Virus record (IMG/VR): IMGVR_UViG_3300046536_000256
Coordinates: 1-64,000 of that record
Length of the DNA stretch: 64,000 nucleotides
Reading direction: 5' to 3' (one strand)
Each line of letters starts with the position of its first letter. Positions within the stretch are counted from its first letter, which is position 1. The translations under genes and the position numbers were made by a program. Under the pieces are notes generated by a model. The model worked only from the letters and a program-made list of their open reading frames with translations, was not told the origin of the DNA and ran no database searches. Positions 34,769-43,527 of the stretch are shown here, one piece after another.

Positions 34769-34839
34769 TGAAAAACCTTCAAGCATAAATAAGGTTAAGG
34801 TAGGAGCCTGAGGATACCTCCCCAAGCTCCATGGTATTC

Positions 34840-35172
34840 TTAATGAAGGGTGTGCTTTGGCTTATTGAGGAAGGAAGTCGTCGAGCCAACAATGACACCG
34901 ACTTTCATACGCTCAACATCCCCTACCAGCAAATGCGGATCCACCGACCGGAGGAATTGGAAAAGCATCGAAGGGTTGCCAGCCTCGTCGTCGATGATTT
35001 GTTTTACAAAACGGTGCGTAGAAGCCGGCAGAAGCATGGACAGCTTTTCTACCTCGTCTGCTTCGTCGTCGAGTACATCCATACACGTTTTATCGAGGAC
35101 GACGTCGTCAGGTTCCAAATCGAATGCAACCAGAAAAGCCCGGTACACTCTTAGCAATTCTTGTTTGGTCAT
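34840..35172 (-). CDS. degenerate nucleotidyltransferase-like paralog
   Basis: Start MTKQELL; aligns to the two upstream genes but lacks GGAL and DxD. Confidence 0.5.
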   Translation of the reverse strand: MTKQELLRVYRAFLVAFDLEPDDVVLDKTCMDVLDDEADEVEKLSMLLPASTHRFVKQIIDDEAGNPSMLFQFLRSVDPHLLVGDVERMKVGVIVGSTTSFLNKPKHTLH

Positions 35173-35261
35173 CAAGTGACCCCTTGTACAGTTGGTGAAG
35201 TTTCCCATTACGATGACTGGTACAGTTCTGTTTAATGTGTAATGGGAAACCCCAGCCGGTT

Positions 35262-35735
35262 TCAGCCCTTGGCACGATCGGCCATGAACTGATTGAGCGC
35301 TGCAATGTCTTTCAGGTCCTGAGGTTCTCGGTGGGTATCAAGCCACTCGCGTTTCAGGCACTGTTTATACGTCAGCAACGTCATTGGATCAAAGCAGGTC
35401 ATGCCGTCAATTTCGACAGTATCGTGAGGAATGTCAAACGGCCGAACAATGCAATTGACCGACCAAAACAAGGTCTGTGATTTATCAAGCAGCCGGATAA
35501 TACCGGAACCCTCTTCACACCAGACTAGGCGTTGTTTTTCGTTCAGCTCCTTGAAACGTTCAGGGGAAACCCAAACGTTCAGGTCAAGTGTGCTTTCACG
35601 GATACCCATCGCCATGAGCGCGCCACCGCCGCCCAGTACGAGTTCACCTGGTTCGAACCACTTGGGGCCTTCAATAGCTGGCGCGTTGGTTGCCAGGTCG
35701 TACAGGCGCTTCAGTTGTTCTTTGTTCCAGATCAT
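35262..35735 (-). CDS. Pol-beta-superfamily nucleotidyltransferase-like protein
   Basis: LVLGGGGALMAMGIRESTLDLNV and C-terminal LLTYK...QDLKDI. Confidence 0.6.
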   Translation of the reverse strand: MIWNKEQLKRLYDLATNAPAIEGPKWFEPGELVLGGGGALMAMGIRESTLDLNVWVSPERFKELNEKQRLVWCEEGSGIIRLLDKSQTLFWSVNCIVRPFDIPHDTVEIDGMTCFDPMTLLTYKQCLKREWLDTHREPQDLKDIAALNQFMADRAKG

Positions 35736-36172
35736 TACGCCATCCTCGCGGTAAGTCGGGGTGATCGCACTAGAGATTCGAGTTGGACAATTTCCATGAG
35801 GTCCCGTTCCCGCTTATTAGGTTTACGGTTCGGCATGGCCGCCAAGTGACGCTTCTGTTTCAGCATCTCACTTGGACTATAGATCCAGACGTTGTCCACG
35901 CAAACAATCCCAGTGGTGTCACTGAGTTCGTGCAGGTCAATGAAAGGATCGTACTCAATACGGGGTGAAACGTTTTCTTCAAGAAGTACCGGTTTGGACA
36001 TACCAACCCATTTGAACGTCATGGGGGATACGTCCACATCCAGATCCACGGTTTCTTCGCGGACGTCCATCATCACTAATGCACCACCGGCGCTCAGTAT
36101 CACCAAATGTGCCGGATCACCCAGAGCTGTTACCAGTGCTTTGTAGCGTGATATCACTTGATCCCTGTTCAT
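35735..36172 (-). CDS. Pol-beta-superfamily nucleotidyltransferase-like protein
   Basis: ILSAGGALVMMDVREETVDLDVD (intact DxD) and C-terminal MLKQK...RERDLMEI. Confidence 0.65.
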   Translation of the reverse strand: MNRDQVISRYKALVTALGDPAHLVILSAGGALVMMDVREETVDLDVDVSPMTFKWVGMSKPVLLEENVSPRIEYDPFIDLHELSDTTGIVCVDNVWIYSPSEMLKQKRHLAAMPNRKPNKRERDLMEIVQLESLVRSPRLTARMA

Positions 36173-36587
36173 CCTGTCGCCTCGACTGCGGTGTGATAAT
36201 TGCTGGGGCGATTGCCCTCAGTTGTTTAAAGAACTGCCCCGACGCCCAAGCATTAATGTTTTCGCGAACGTAACTGCCAAACAGTGATTCCTTGACGAAG
36301 TTCTCAAAGGCAACCTTTAAAGTTTCCTCAGAACTGCCGCTGCTTGGAACTAAACCTTTATCACGGATCTTCCGAACCGCTTCCGATAAACGGATACGGT
36401 CCAAGCTAATATCCATGATCCAGGCTGGATAACGTTTACGCAGCACAAAATACAAAGCGCCGTGTTCCTCTATAAAACCAAGAACAATCGTACTCTTTCT
36501 GTCTTCTGTTTCGGCTTCGATCAGAATTGGTTCGAAGGACCCATTAAAGAAGTCTGGGTCCAACTGGAAAAAAGACTTTAAGTTCAT
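36117..36587 (-). CDS. hypothetical protein
   Basis: 156-aa ORF in the operon. Confidence 0.65.
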   Translation of the reverse strand: MNLKSFFQLDPDFFNGSFEPILIEAETEDRKSTIVLGFIEEHGALYFVLRKRYPAWIMDISLDRIRLSEAVRKIRDKGLVPSSGSSEETLKVAFENFVKESLFGSYVRENINAWASGQFFKQLRAIAPAIITPQSRRQDEQGSSDITLQSTGNSSG

Positions 36588-36597
36588 GCACCCTTTC

Positions 36598-36876
36598 TCA
36601 GTGAGGCTGTTGTGTCAGGTAGTTGATGAGGTTCACCACACTCTGCTGAACCTGGTAAGTAGCGCCTGGGTTCAGGATGGTGTAGTTGATCGCACTACGA
36701 CCGGAATCGTCGAACTGAACCACCGCCTGGTTCGAACCGGCAAACGCGAGGATCGCAGTTTTAGGGTGACCAGGTTCCTGTTGGATATTAGCGCTGGCGA
36801 GACCAACACCACTTGGGTTGAAAGCGATAGAACCGTCGGGTTGTTCGGCGACGGGAATCTGGATGACGTTGTTCAT
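36598..36876 (-). CDS. hypothetical protein
   Basis: 92 aa, AAGGA SD, first gene after the promoter at 36990. Confidence 0.7.
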   Translation of the reverse strand: MNNVIQIPVAEQPDGSIAFNPSGVGLASANIQQEPGHPKTAILAFAGSNQAVVQFDDSGRSAINYTILNPGATYQVQQSVVNLINYLTQQPH

Positions 36877-36989
36877 TACGGTGTTCCTTTAGTTCTTGAA
36901 AAGGTGATTATGTCTTTGTTCCATAAACATGAGGGTTTCAGGTACAAATACAACCCAGCTGATCAAGACCCTAAAGTCTGAACAACTAG

Positions 36990-37004
36990 GTAATATAGGT
37001 TTGA
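36990..37004 (-). promoter_or_regulatory. putative early promoter TCAAACCTATATTAC
   Basis: Exact copy of the motif, 5 nt past the SbcC stop. Confidence 0.75.
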
Positions 37005-37009
37005 AATTA

Positions 37010-39475
37010 TTAAGCAATAATGCTGTCCTGATTTACTTCCCCCGTAAGAGTCAAACCTTCATACCGCATGGCGATTACGTTTGGTTTGTTAAACAATCCG
37101 TACTGGTTCACATAGTGCGAAACCATGAAGAGTTGTCGTGGTGACTTCTGCCGGGTGTATTCCTGAACGAAGCTAAAGAACCTGCCCCGATTAATCTCGT
37201 CCAAGTTAACCCCCACCTCGTCCATCAGCAACGGGTATTCAACCGGGTGGTACGAGAGCATCACAAACCGGAAAGCCCAGTCAATGAGGTCGCGTTCCCC
37301 TGCGCTGCAATCCGTAACGTCCGGCGTAGGCGAAGCATCCCCCACAATTACCGGGAACTTGTACGTCAGATCCCCGTTCTCTTTACTGCAAGGCTTAATA
37401 ACCAGAGGCTTGGCGTAGATCGTCTTGAACAAGGCGTTCATGTTGGTACACACCGCCTTGATGAAGTCACCCATCAGACGACCAATCAACCCCTTGTTCG
37501 GACACAACCCATCCATGTAGATGTCGACAATCAACAAACGTCGCTTCAACCGCTCGATGTCACCACTGATCGAGTTCACCACTGCTGTCAGGGAACGGTT
37601 CTTAATGATGGAGGTCATGTAGTGGTCTTTCTCCTCACTGAGGATACTGATCCGCTCATCCACCTTCTTCCGGAACTCGGCTTTCCCCTGATTACCCAAC
37701 CCGATCATGATCTCTTCCCGCAGCCCGTGTAACCGATTAACATCTCGGCTGTACGACACGATGTGATGCTGAGTCCGCTTCAAAGATTCCAGACGCTCTT
37801 TGTAGTGGGTGATCTGGTTGTTCTCGACCAACAATTCTTTCTCAACACTGGCCAAGTAGTGAGCGACGTCCAATGCGTTGTTTCTGTCCAGAAGCCCTAA
37901 GCGCGTGTCTAGGACGTTCTGTTCCATAAGCAACTCATCTTTCTTCGCCAACAGGCTAAACCGCTCAGAGAAGGCAAGCAGCGCGTTTAACAGTCGGTTT
38001 GAATCGGTTTTGCCGATGTCGTACTCTTTGATCAGGGTGGGCAAGATCCCGCAGTGGTTATTCTCACGGACAAACACAAACAGCTGGTTCATCCCCAAGT
38101 ACCAATCCGCGTCGTTCTCGATCTGACGCTTGACGTCGGCTTCTTCCTTCCTCAGGCGTTCGACCTTCGCCACCAGTGCAGCCTTCTGCTGTTTCAGGTG
38201 CTCGATCTCAGCCGGAGTAATACCGATCTTGAACGCATGCTCGCAATCAGGACATTCAACCGTTTCCGCTTTCTCATAGTGAGTCAGCTTGTGGGTCATA
38301 TCGTCCAACGACATGGTGGTGTGCCGCAGTTCGTTTGCCAGCTGATCTTGCAGCGTCAACCAACCCTTGTAGGTTGCCCCGTTGACCGCAGGATCGCTTA
38401 CCACGGTGATACGGCCCAAGAACTCACGGAAACCAGTGATCACCAGTTCTAAGTTGCCCAGCGGGATCTCAGGGTCATTGAACACCGGATACTGCTGCAA
38501 CAACACCGCGTACTGGGCCAGCTCTTGTTCCAACTTAGCCAAGTCCTCACGAATGTGATCCGCTTGAACCTGAAAGACTTCTGGGTCAGCCAAGAACTCT
38601 TCCAACCCGTCCAAGACCCCAGCGTGCTCAGCGATCACTCGCTTCAATACACCGGCTTGTTCTTGGTGACGGTTCATCAGTTCCGTGGTGAAATTAATCG
38701 CTTGGGCTACCTCTGGCTGGGTGTAGATAATCCCGCTCAGTTTATTTGTAGTCAATTGATCAACTAGGCGATTAAAGTCTTGGATCTTAACGGTTAAGTC
38801 ACGATCCACCGTAATGCCTTCCAGCCCGCCACGAACTAACAGTGAGTCCCGAAGTTCCCCTTCGATGGTCTTGATGCGGACTTCAAGTTCATCGATCCCG
38901 TACTCGTTAATCTCCGCGAGCTTACGGTTCTCTTCGGTGTAGCGTGCAATCTGATTCTTGATCGCCGCTTTCAACTCATTGCGTTCGTTCTTGAGTTTGG
39001 TCCACACCCCCAAGGCGTAGTCGGTGTCGTTCGGGTAGATCTGCATGAAGATCTCTTTTCGTTTACCGGGAGACATCAACGACAGCAGATCAACCACGCG
39101 CAAACCACTCAACACTTTATTGAGGGTAGAATCCAAGCGGAAATAACTCGACACCAATTCTTTCTGTGAAGCCCCCGTGCCGTTTGGATTGAGTTCCTTT
39201 CCATTCAGCTTAAAGCTATGACCGTTACCTTTACCGGTATACGAGTCTAGAGCGAAATGGCGGTCGCCGATTTGGATTTCGACATACTTGCGGCCGCCTG
39301 CTTCGTAGTTCCCATTTTCTGGGGGAAGCGGATTCATTTCTTTCAGAATGCTGGTCTTACCACTACCGTTCGTTGAAATGAACAGGTTAATCATGTGGGG
39401 AGTAGTCAGTTCAACTTTCTGGATCCCACTTTTCAACAAAGGAATGTATTGTTCCAGGATAAGTTTCAGCAACAT
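37010..39475 (-). CDS. sbcC: SbcC/Rad50 (T4 gp46-like) SMC ATPase
   Basis: Walker A STNGSGKTS, long coiled coils, CPDC zinc hook, CSAGE signature, LLMDE Walker B, SH switch. Confidence 0.92.
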   Translation of the reverse strand: MLLKLILEQYIPLLKSGIQKVELTTPHMINLFISTNGSGKTSILKEMNPLPPENGNYEAGGRKYVEIQIGDRHFALDSYTGKGNGHSFKLNGKELNPNGTGASQKELVSSYFRLDSTLNKVLSGLRVVDLLSLMSPGKRKEIFMQIYPNDTDYALGVWTKLKNERNELKAAIKNQIARYTEENRKLAEINEYGIDELEVRIKTIEGELRDSLLVRGGLEGITVDRDLTVKIQDFNRLVDQLTTNKLSGIIYTQPEVAQAINFTTELMNRHQEQAGVLKRVIAEHAGVLDGLEEFLADPEVFQVQADHIREDLAKLEQELAQYAVLLQQYPVFNDPEIPLGNLELVITGFREFLGRITVVSDPAVNGATYKGWLTLQDQLANELRHTTMSLDDMTHKLTHYEKAETVECPDCEHAFKIGITPAEIEHLKQQKAALVAKVERLRKEEADVKRQIENDADWYLGMNQLFVFVRENNHCGILPTLIKEYDIGKTDSNRLLNALLAFSERFSLLAKKDELLMEQNVLDTRLGLLDRNNALDVAHYLASVEKELLVENNQITHYKERLESLKRTQHHIVSYSRDVNRLHGLREEIMIGLGNQGKAEFRKKVDERISILSEEKDHYMTSIIKNRSLTAVVNSISGDIERLKRRLLIVDIYMDGLCPNKGLIGRLMGDFIKAVCTNMNALFKTIYAKPLVIKPCSKENGDLTYKFPVIVGDASPTPDVTDCSAGERDLIDWAFRFVMLSYHPVEYPLLMDEVGVNLDEINRGRFFSFVQEYTRQKSPRQLFMVSHYVNQYGLFNKPNVIAMRYEGLTLTGEVNQDSIIA

Positions 39476-39525
39476 GATATGGTTTCTTTATATTGACTAG
39501 TGGTCTACAGAATGAGGCAAGGAGT

Positions 39526-40521
39526 ATGAACTTAATCAACCATTTGGGTGTGGGCACTGTTGCCAGCACTAAGCAGACGAACACCAATGAGATCATGGTG
39601 TACCTGCCGAGCATGGCACCAGCCGCCGATGGTCGTGTGGTTGCCACTGCTAAGGAAGTCGAGAAGAAGAGCGAAAACGCCTATGGGGAGGAGACTACTA
39701 GCCGCGTACTGACGTCCAACACCTTCCCGGCGGTATGGCGTTCCATGGGGGACAGTAACCGGATTACCCCACCGGATGTGCGTGAAGGCTCTAAGGTTTC
39801 GATCTATCAGGTATCGGGCCAGAACACCTACTACTGGACCACCTTCGGCATCAACGCCGAAACCATGCGACTGGAAACAGTGGTCATGGGGTACCAGGCT
39901 AACCCGCAGCAAGATGAGAACACGCCGTTTAACATCGACAACTTCTACACCATGACCGTGTCGACCCACGAAGGGTTCATGGCGTTGAGGACCACCCAGT
40001 CTAACGGTGAGAAGGCAGCCTTTGAAGTTAAAGTCGATGGCATGAATGGTCGGATCATGATGGGTGGTAGTGGGGGTAACTTCCTCGTTAAAGATGATGT
40101 CGCTAAATCACTGACTTACGTGAATGCCGACAAGACCATCTTCCAAGTCGAAAAGAAGAACGTTAAGGTCTACGCTAAAGATTCGGTTACGTTTAACACG
40201 GACGAAAACTTTAACATCCTGACCAAGATGTTCAACTTGAAATGCAAGAACATCGCGATTGAAGCTGATACCGCGGATATCCGTATCGGTAAAACGAAAT
40301 GGACTGGTGATATCGATCAAACTGGGGATTACAAACAAGCCGGCGATTACGATCAAACCGGTGACTACACCCAGAAAGGTGATTACGACCAGACGGGCAA
40401 CATTAAGTCTTCTGGTACCATCCACGCAGATGTTGACGTAACATCCTTGGTGTCCTTGAACTACCACCTTACTTCCTTCGTTCAGAGTGGCAGTGGTGAA
40501 TCTGGTCCTCCTGTCCTTTAA
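39526..40521 (+). CDS. baseplate central spike (gpV/gp5-like)
   Basis: N-terminal OB-like region, beta-repeat body, GDYxQT hexapeptides, C-terminal SLNYHLTSFVQSGSGESGPP; start reassigned to MNLINH (AAGGAG SD). Confidence 0.8.
   Translation: MNLINHLGVGTVASTKQTNTNEIMVYLPSMAPAADGRVVATAKEVEKKSENAYGEETTSRVLTSNTFPAVWRSMGDSNRITPPDVREGSKVSIYQVSGQNTYYWTTFGINAETMRLETVVMGYQANPQQDENTPFNIDNFYTMTVSTHEGFMALRTTQSNGEKAAFEVKVDGMNGRIMMGGSGGNFLVKDDVAKSLTYVNADKTIFQVEKKNVKVYAKDSVTFNTDENFNILTKMFNLKCKNIAIEADTADIRIGKTKWTGDIDQTGDYKQAGDYDQTGDYTQKGDYDQTGNIKSSGTIHADVDVTSLVSLNYHLTSFVQSGSGESGPPVL
40306..40416 (+). repeat. 18-nt tandem coding repeat (GD[YI]xQ[TAK])
   Basis: GDIDQT GDYKQA GDYDQT GDYTQK GDYDQT GNIKSS, a triple beta-helix periodicity. 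Confidence 0.85.
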
Positions 40522-40529
40522 TAACCTTA

Positions 40530-40563
40530 CTACCTCCAGCCCCATTGCGGAGGCTGGAGGTAG
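40530..40563. terminator. stem-loop between convergent genes, followed by TATGTT on plus
   Basis: 12-bp stem CTACCTCCAGCC / GGCTGGAGGTAG. Confidence 0.7.
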
Positions 40564-40576
40564 GGGTTATGTTTGC

Positions 40577-43465
40577 TTAGAACACGTCGCGATGCGTAAA
40601 GAACTGGTTAGGTCCATCCGCACCATCATCAACAAAGCAAGGGATCGCTGAACCGCGGCGAGTAGCACTAACAACGTGGTTACTCATCACCATGTAATCC
40701 TTAACCTGCTGAAGTACGCCGTTTACTGCAATGCCGAACATCACTTCATTGTTGGCGACCTCCCGACGGACATCAGAACCCAACACTGCAATAACGTCAC
40801 CGTAACGAACCAAGTAACAGTACGTGGTTCCCGCAGGGTTAACCTTGAGTGCAAATTCCTCACCCAAGACCATCGCTTTACCGCCAATCACCAACCGGCC
40901 GCCCGCAGGTACGCGAACCCACCCAGCTTCGTTGACGTTGAATGGATCAACCTTGGTCACACCACCCACTTCCAACATGGTGTTTGTGAAAGCCCCATTG
41001 GTTGCGTCGTATTGGAACACCCCCTTGTTAGGGATTAGAATCGGAGGAAGGAGTTCGTCCACCAAGTCAAACTGCTGGGTCCCTGGGTAGAGACGAACGA
41101 CGTTGGTCTTGACCGGTGTGAACGCCGGGAAGGTAGACCCCCCAAACCCAGCACAGGTAAAGCTGATGTCGCCGTAGTTGTTACCGAATGGACGGGTCAA
41201 CACAAAGCCGGTGGTGTTTGCGTCGATGTTGACGATTTGCAAGTCGGAGTAATCCATCCGCGTACCGTCACCCGAACCCGACTTCCGATTCCCTACAGCC
41301 ACAGGCCCGCTAGCCGCGGTTATCGGCTTCAACGCTACCCCGTTGGTCTGTTTAAAGTCCAACGTAAAGATGTTGTTGATCACCGAGTATCTTGCTGCTG
41401 CTGCTTCAGCGTAACTCACCCCGTCAGAGACCACCACGAGCGCCTTGGTGCCCGTTACCGCAAAGACCTGGATCTCTGGTACCCGGAGGGTTGGGTCAAC
41501 CCCTGGGTTGAGCACAGCAGCCCTGTCGGTTAGATCGCGCATTACCGCTTGCATACTGAGCATGCTTGCAACAGCCATCTCGACATCAGCACCGACTGTC
41601 AACACTTGGTTTGCGAACGTGACACTGGCTTTACCCACATGCCGGTTGGCCGACGTAAACGCCAACGCATTGTACCCAACACCCGCCGAGGCTTTGTTAA
41701 CCGCAACCGCCATCGACACCGGTATCAGTCCAATGTCATCCATTGGGGTTCTTACTTCCGGCAGCCTTACGCCAAACACACCATCACCCGTTTGAGTGCT
41801 AACGATGCTAGCGTTGTTCCACGTCAGCAACGACCAACTGAACAAACCAGTACCGGGATTCAACCCGTAAACCAGATGTTGAGTAACCGCCGCGTTATGG
41901 GTCACCGGGATAATACGCTCGGGCAATGGACCGAATGGTGCATGACGACTTGGGGCAAAGACTTCGGTTATTGCATCCGACGGGTCTGCCACAGGACGTT
42001 GAGCCAGCATCCAGTCGATCACACTGGTGTAATCCGTGCGGTAACGCTTAACCCGCATCGCCAGCTTAGAACTACGGGCTTTAACCATGAGCCCCGAGTT
42101 CAACAACACACCAGGCGACTGACTAATGTTGTTAAGATCGAATGGGTTGTTCACAGTGAAGAACGAAGACCCGGCCGTAGGCAACAAGTTCGCATCCAAG
42201 GTGTCCTTGACGCGACTCCCGATGGTTTTGAACAACGCTGTCCCACCGGCCACCAACGTACCCGGAATGATTGACTCGGTAAACGAGAGCACCAGCTTAC
42301 TGACCAATGCGCCTTGAGTGACAACCACCCCCACGCTGACGTTCAAGTACATCTCGAAGTCAGTGGAGTTCCACACCAACACAGTAACCGGATCAGGTCG
42401 AGCCGGGTCCCCGGCAATGGTAGCGCCAGCCGGCAAGGTGAGGAAGTCGGCAAGGTTATACGTGTGGAAGCCGTTAGCCGGACCCGGGGCGGGTGAGGCA
42501 CTTCCCATCTTGTCAAATGACGCCAGGTAAGAGCTGTTCACCAGTTCCGTCATGGATGGAGCCGTTGTCACGGCATTGACCGAGAAGAACCGATGATCAA
42601 TCCGCAACACACCCGCTGCCAACGCTACCGAGATCCCCAAGCCTTTATAGACCGCGTTGGCGAAGTTGTTGTAGAGGAGGTAGTTACGGTTAGCCGCTGG
42701 AAGAGGCAGTGTGGAAGCGAAGTTGTAAATCTTCTTATCGCCCAAGGGACGGAAGAACCCCACCTTACCGTCGGTTGTATCCCCGCCGGTCATGTTCCAG
42801 TTCGCCCCGGTGTAGCGCGCGGCTAGGTTAGTGACCTCACTGAGACGAGCACGGGACAAGCCTTTCAACGGCAACCCCACAAACAAACTCTGTTTACTGT
42901 AACGCCCTTCATCCGACCGTGGGGAATAGATCAGACGATCGCCATCAATCAGAATCGGCACCCGGCCATTGGACAGCAGATAACGGCTCGGTTCAGGTGT
43001 TGCTGGGAGAACCGTTTCGTAATCGTCCGGGTAGTAGTACGACGCGAACTGAAACACCCCGTTCTGCTGGTAAAGAGTGGGGTCGAAGTCAGCGGTGTTC
43101 GCATCCAAGGAGGCCTTGGCCCCAGCAGGCGTTACAAAGGCGTTTACGCTGGCGTAACTGATGGACTCAGCCAATGTAGCGGTTCGGAAGTTATCCTTCT
43201 TGTCGAGCCCCACAGTGTCTTTGGTCTCACCGTGCGCCGCACCCCGTATTGCCAAGTGTGCATCAATCGGGGCAATACTGCTGTTGATCCACTGAGTAAC
43301 GTGGGTATCGAGCCCATCCAGCTGATCTTTAATGCTCTTATTGAATTCGCGAACCCGGTCTTCAGCTTTAACCGTGAAGTCATTGAGCTTGTGGATCACC
43401 GCCCCAAAGGTAGGTTCCGGATTCTCAATGACAGGAGGTTCCGCTATAGGCCTGACAATAATCAT
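40577..43465 (-). CDS. large tail/baseplate-associated structural protein (paralog)
   Basis: 962 aa, beta-rich; HGETKDTVGLDKKDNFRTATLAE repeat and C-terminal TRRGSAIP shared with its neighbours. Confidence 0.7.
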   Translation of the reverse strand: MIIVRPIAEPPVIENPEPTFGAVIHKLNDFTVKAEDRVREFNKSIKDQLDGLDTHVTQWINSSIAPIDAHLAIRGAAHGETKDTVGLDKKDNFRTATLAESISYASVNAFVTPAGAKASLDANTADFDPTLYQQNGVFQFASYYYPDDYETVLPATPEPSRYLLSNGRVPILIDGDRLIYSPRSDEGRYSKQSLFVGLPLKGLSRARLSEVTNLAARYTGANWNMTGGDTTDGKVGFFRPLGDKKIYNFASTLPLPAANRNYLLYNNFANAVYKGLGISVALAAGVLRIDHRFFSVNAVTTAPSMTELVNSSYLASFDKMGSASPAPGPANGFHTYNLADFLTLPAGATIAGDPARPDPVTVLVWNSTDFEMYLNVSVGVVVTQGALVSKLVLSFTESIIPGTLVAGGTALFKTIGSRVKDTLDANLLPTAGSSFFTVNNPFDLNNISQSPGVLLNSGLMVKARSSKLAMRVKRYRTDYTSVIDWMLAQRPVADPSDAITEVFAPSRHAPFGPLPERIIPVTHNAAVTQHLVYGLNPGTGLFSWSLLTWNNASIVSTQTGDGVFGVRLPEVRTPMDDIGLIPVSMAVAVNKASAGVGYNALAFTSANRHVGKASVTFANQVLTVGADVEMAVASMLSMQAVMRDLTDRAAVLNPGVDPTLRVPEIQVFAVTGTKALVVVSDGVSYAEAAAARYSVINNIFTLDFKQTNGVALKPITAASGPVAVGNRKSGSGDGTRMDYSDLQIVNIDANTTGFVLTRPFGNNYGDISFTCAGFGGSTFPAFTPVKTNVVRLYPGTQQFDLVDELLPPILIPNKGVFQYDATNGAFTNTMLEVGGVTKVDPFNVNEAGWVRVPAGGRLVIGGKAMVLGEEFALKVNPAGTTYCYLVRYGDVIAVLGSDVRREVANNEVMFGIAVNGVLQQVKDYMVMSNHVVSATRRGSAIPCFVDDGADGPNQFFTHRDVF

Positions 43466-43527
43466 AGCTCTACTCCGTGTTGAATGTGGAAAGTCAAAGG
43501 GGAATTACTTCCCCATGACCGTGGTCG

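Noticed and set aside
40306-40416. Tandem DNA repeat considered as a CRISPR-like or VNTR element
   Set aside because: It is an in-frame 18-nt coding repeat of the spike beta-helix with no spacers.
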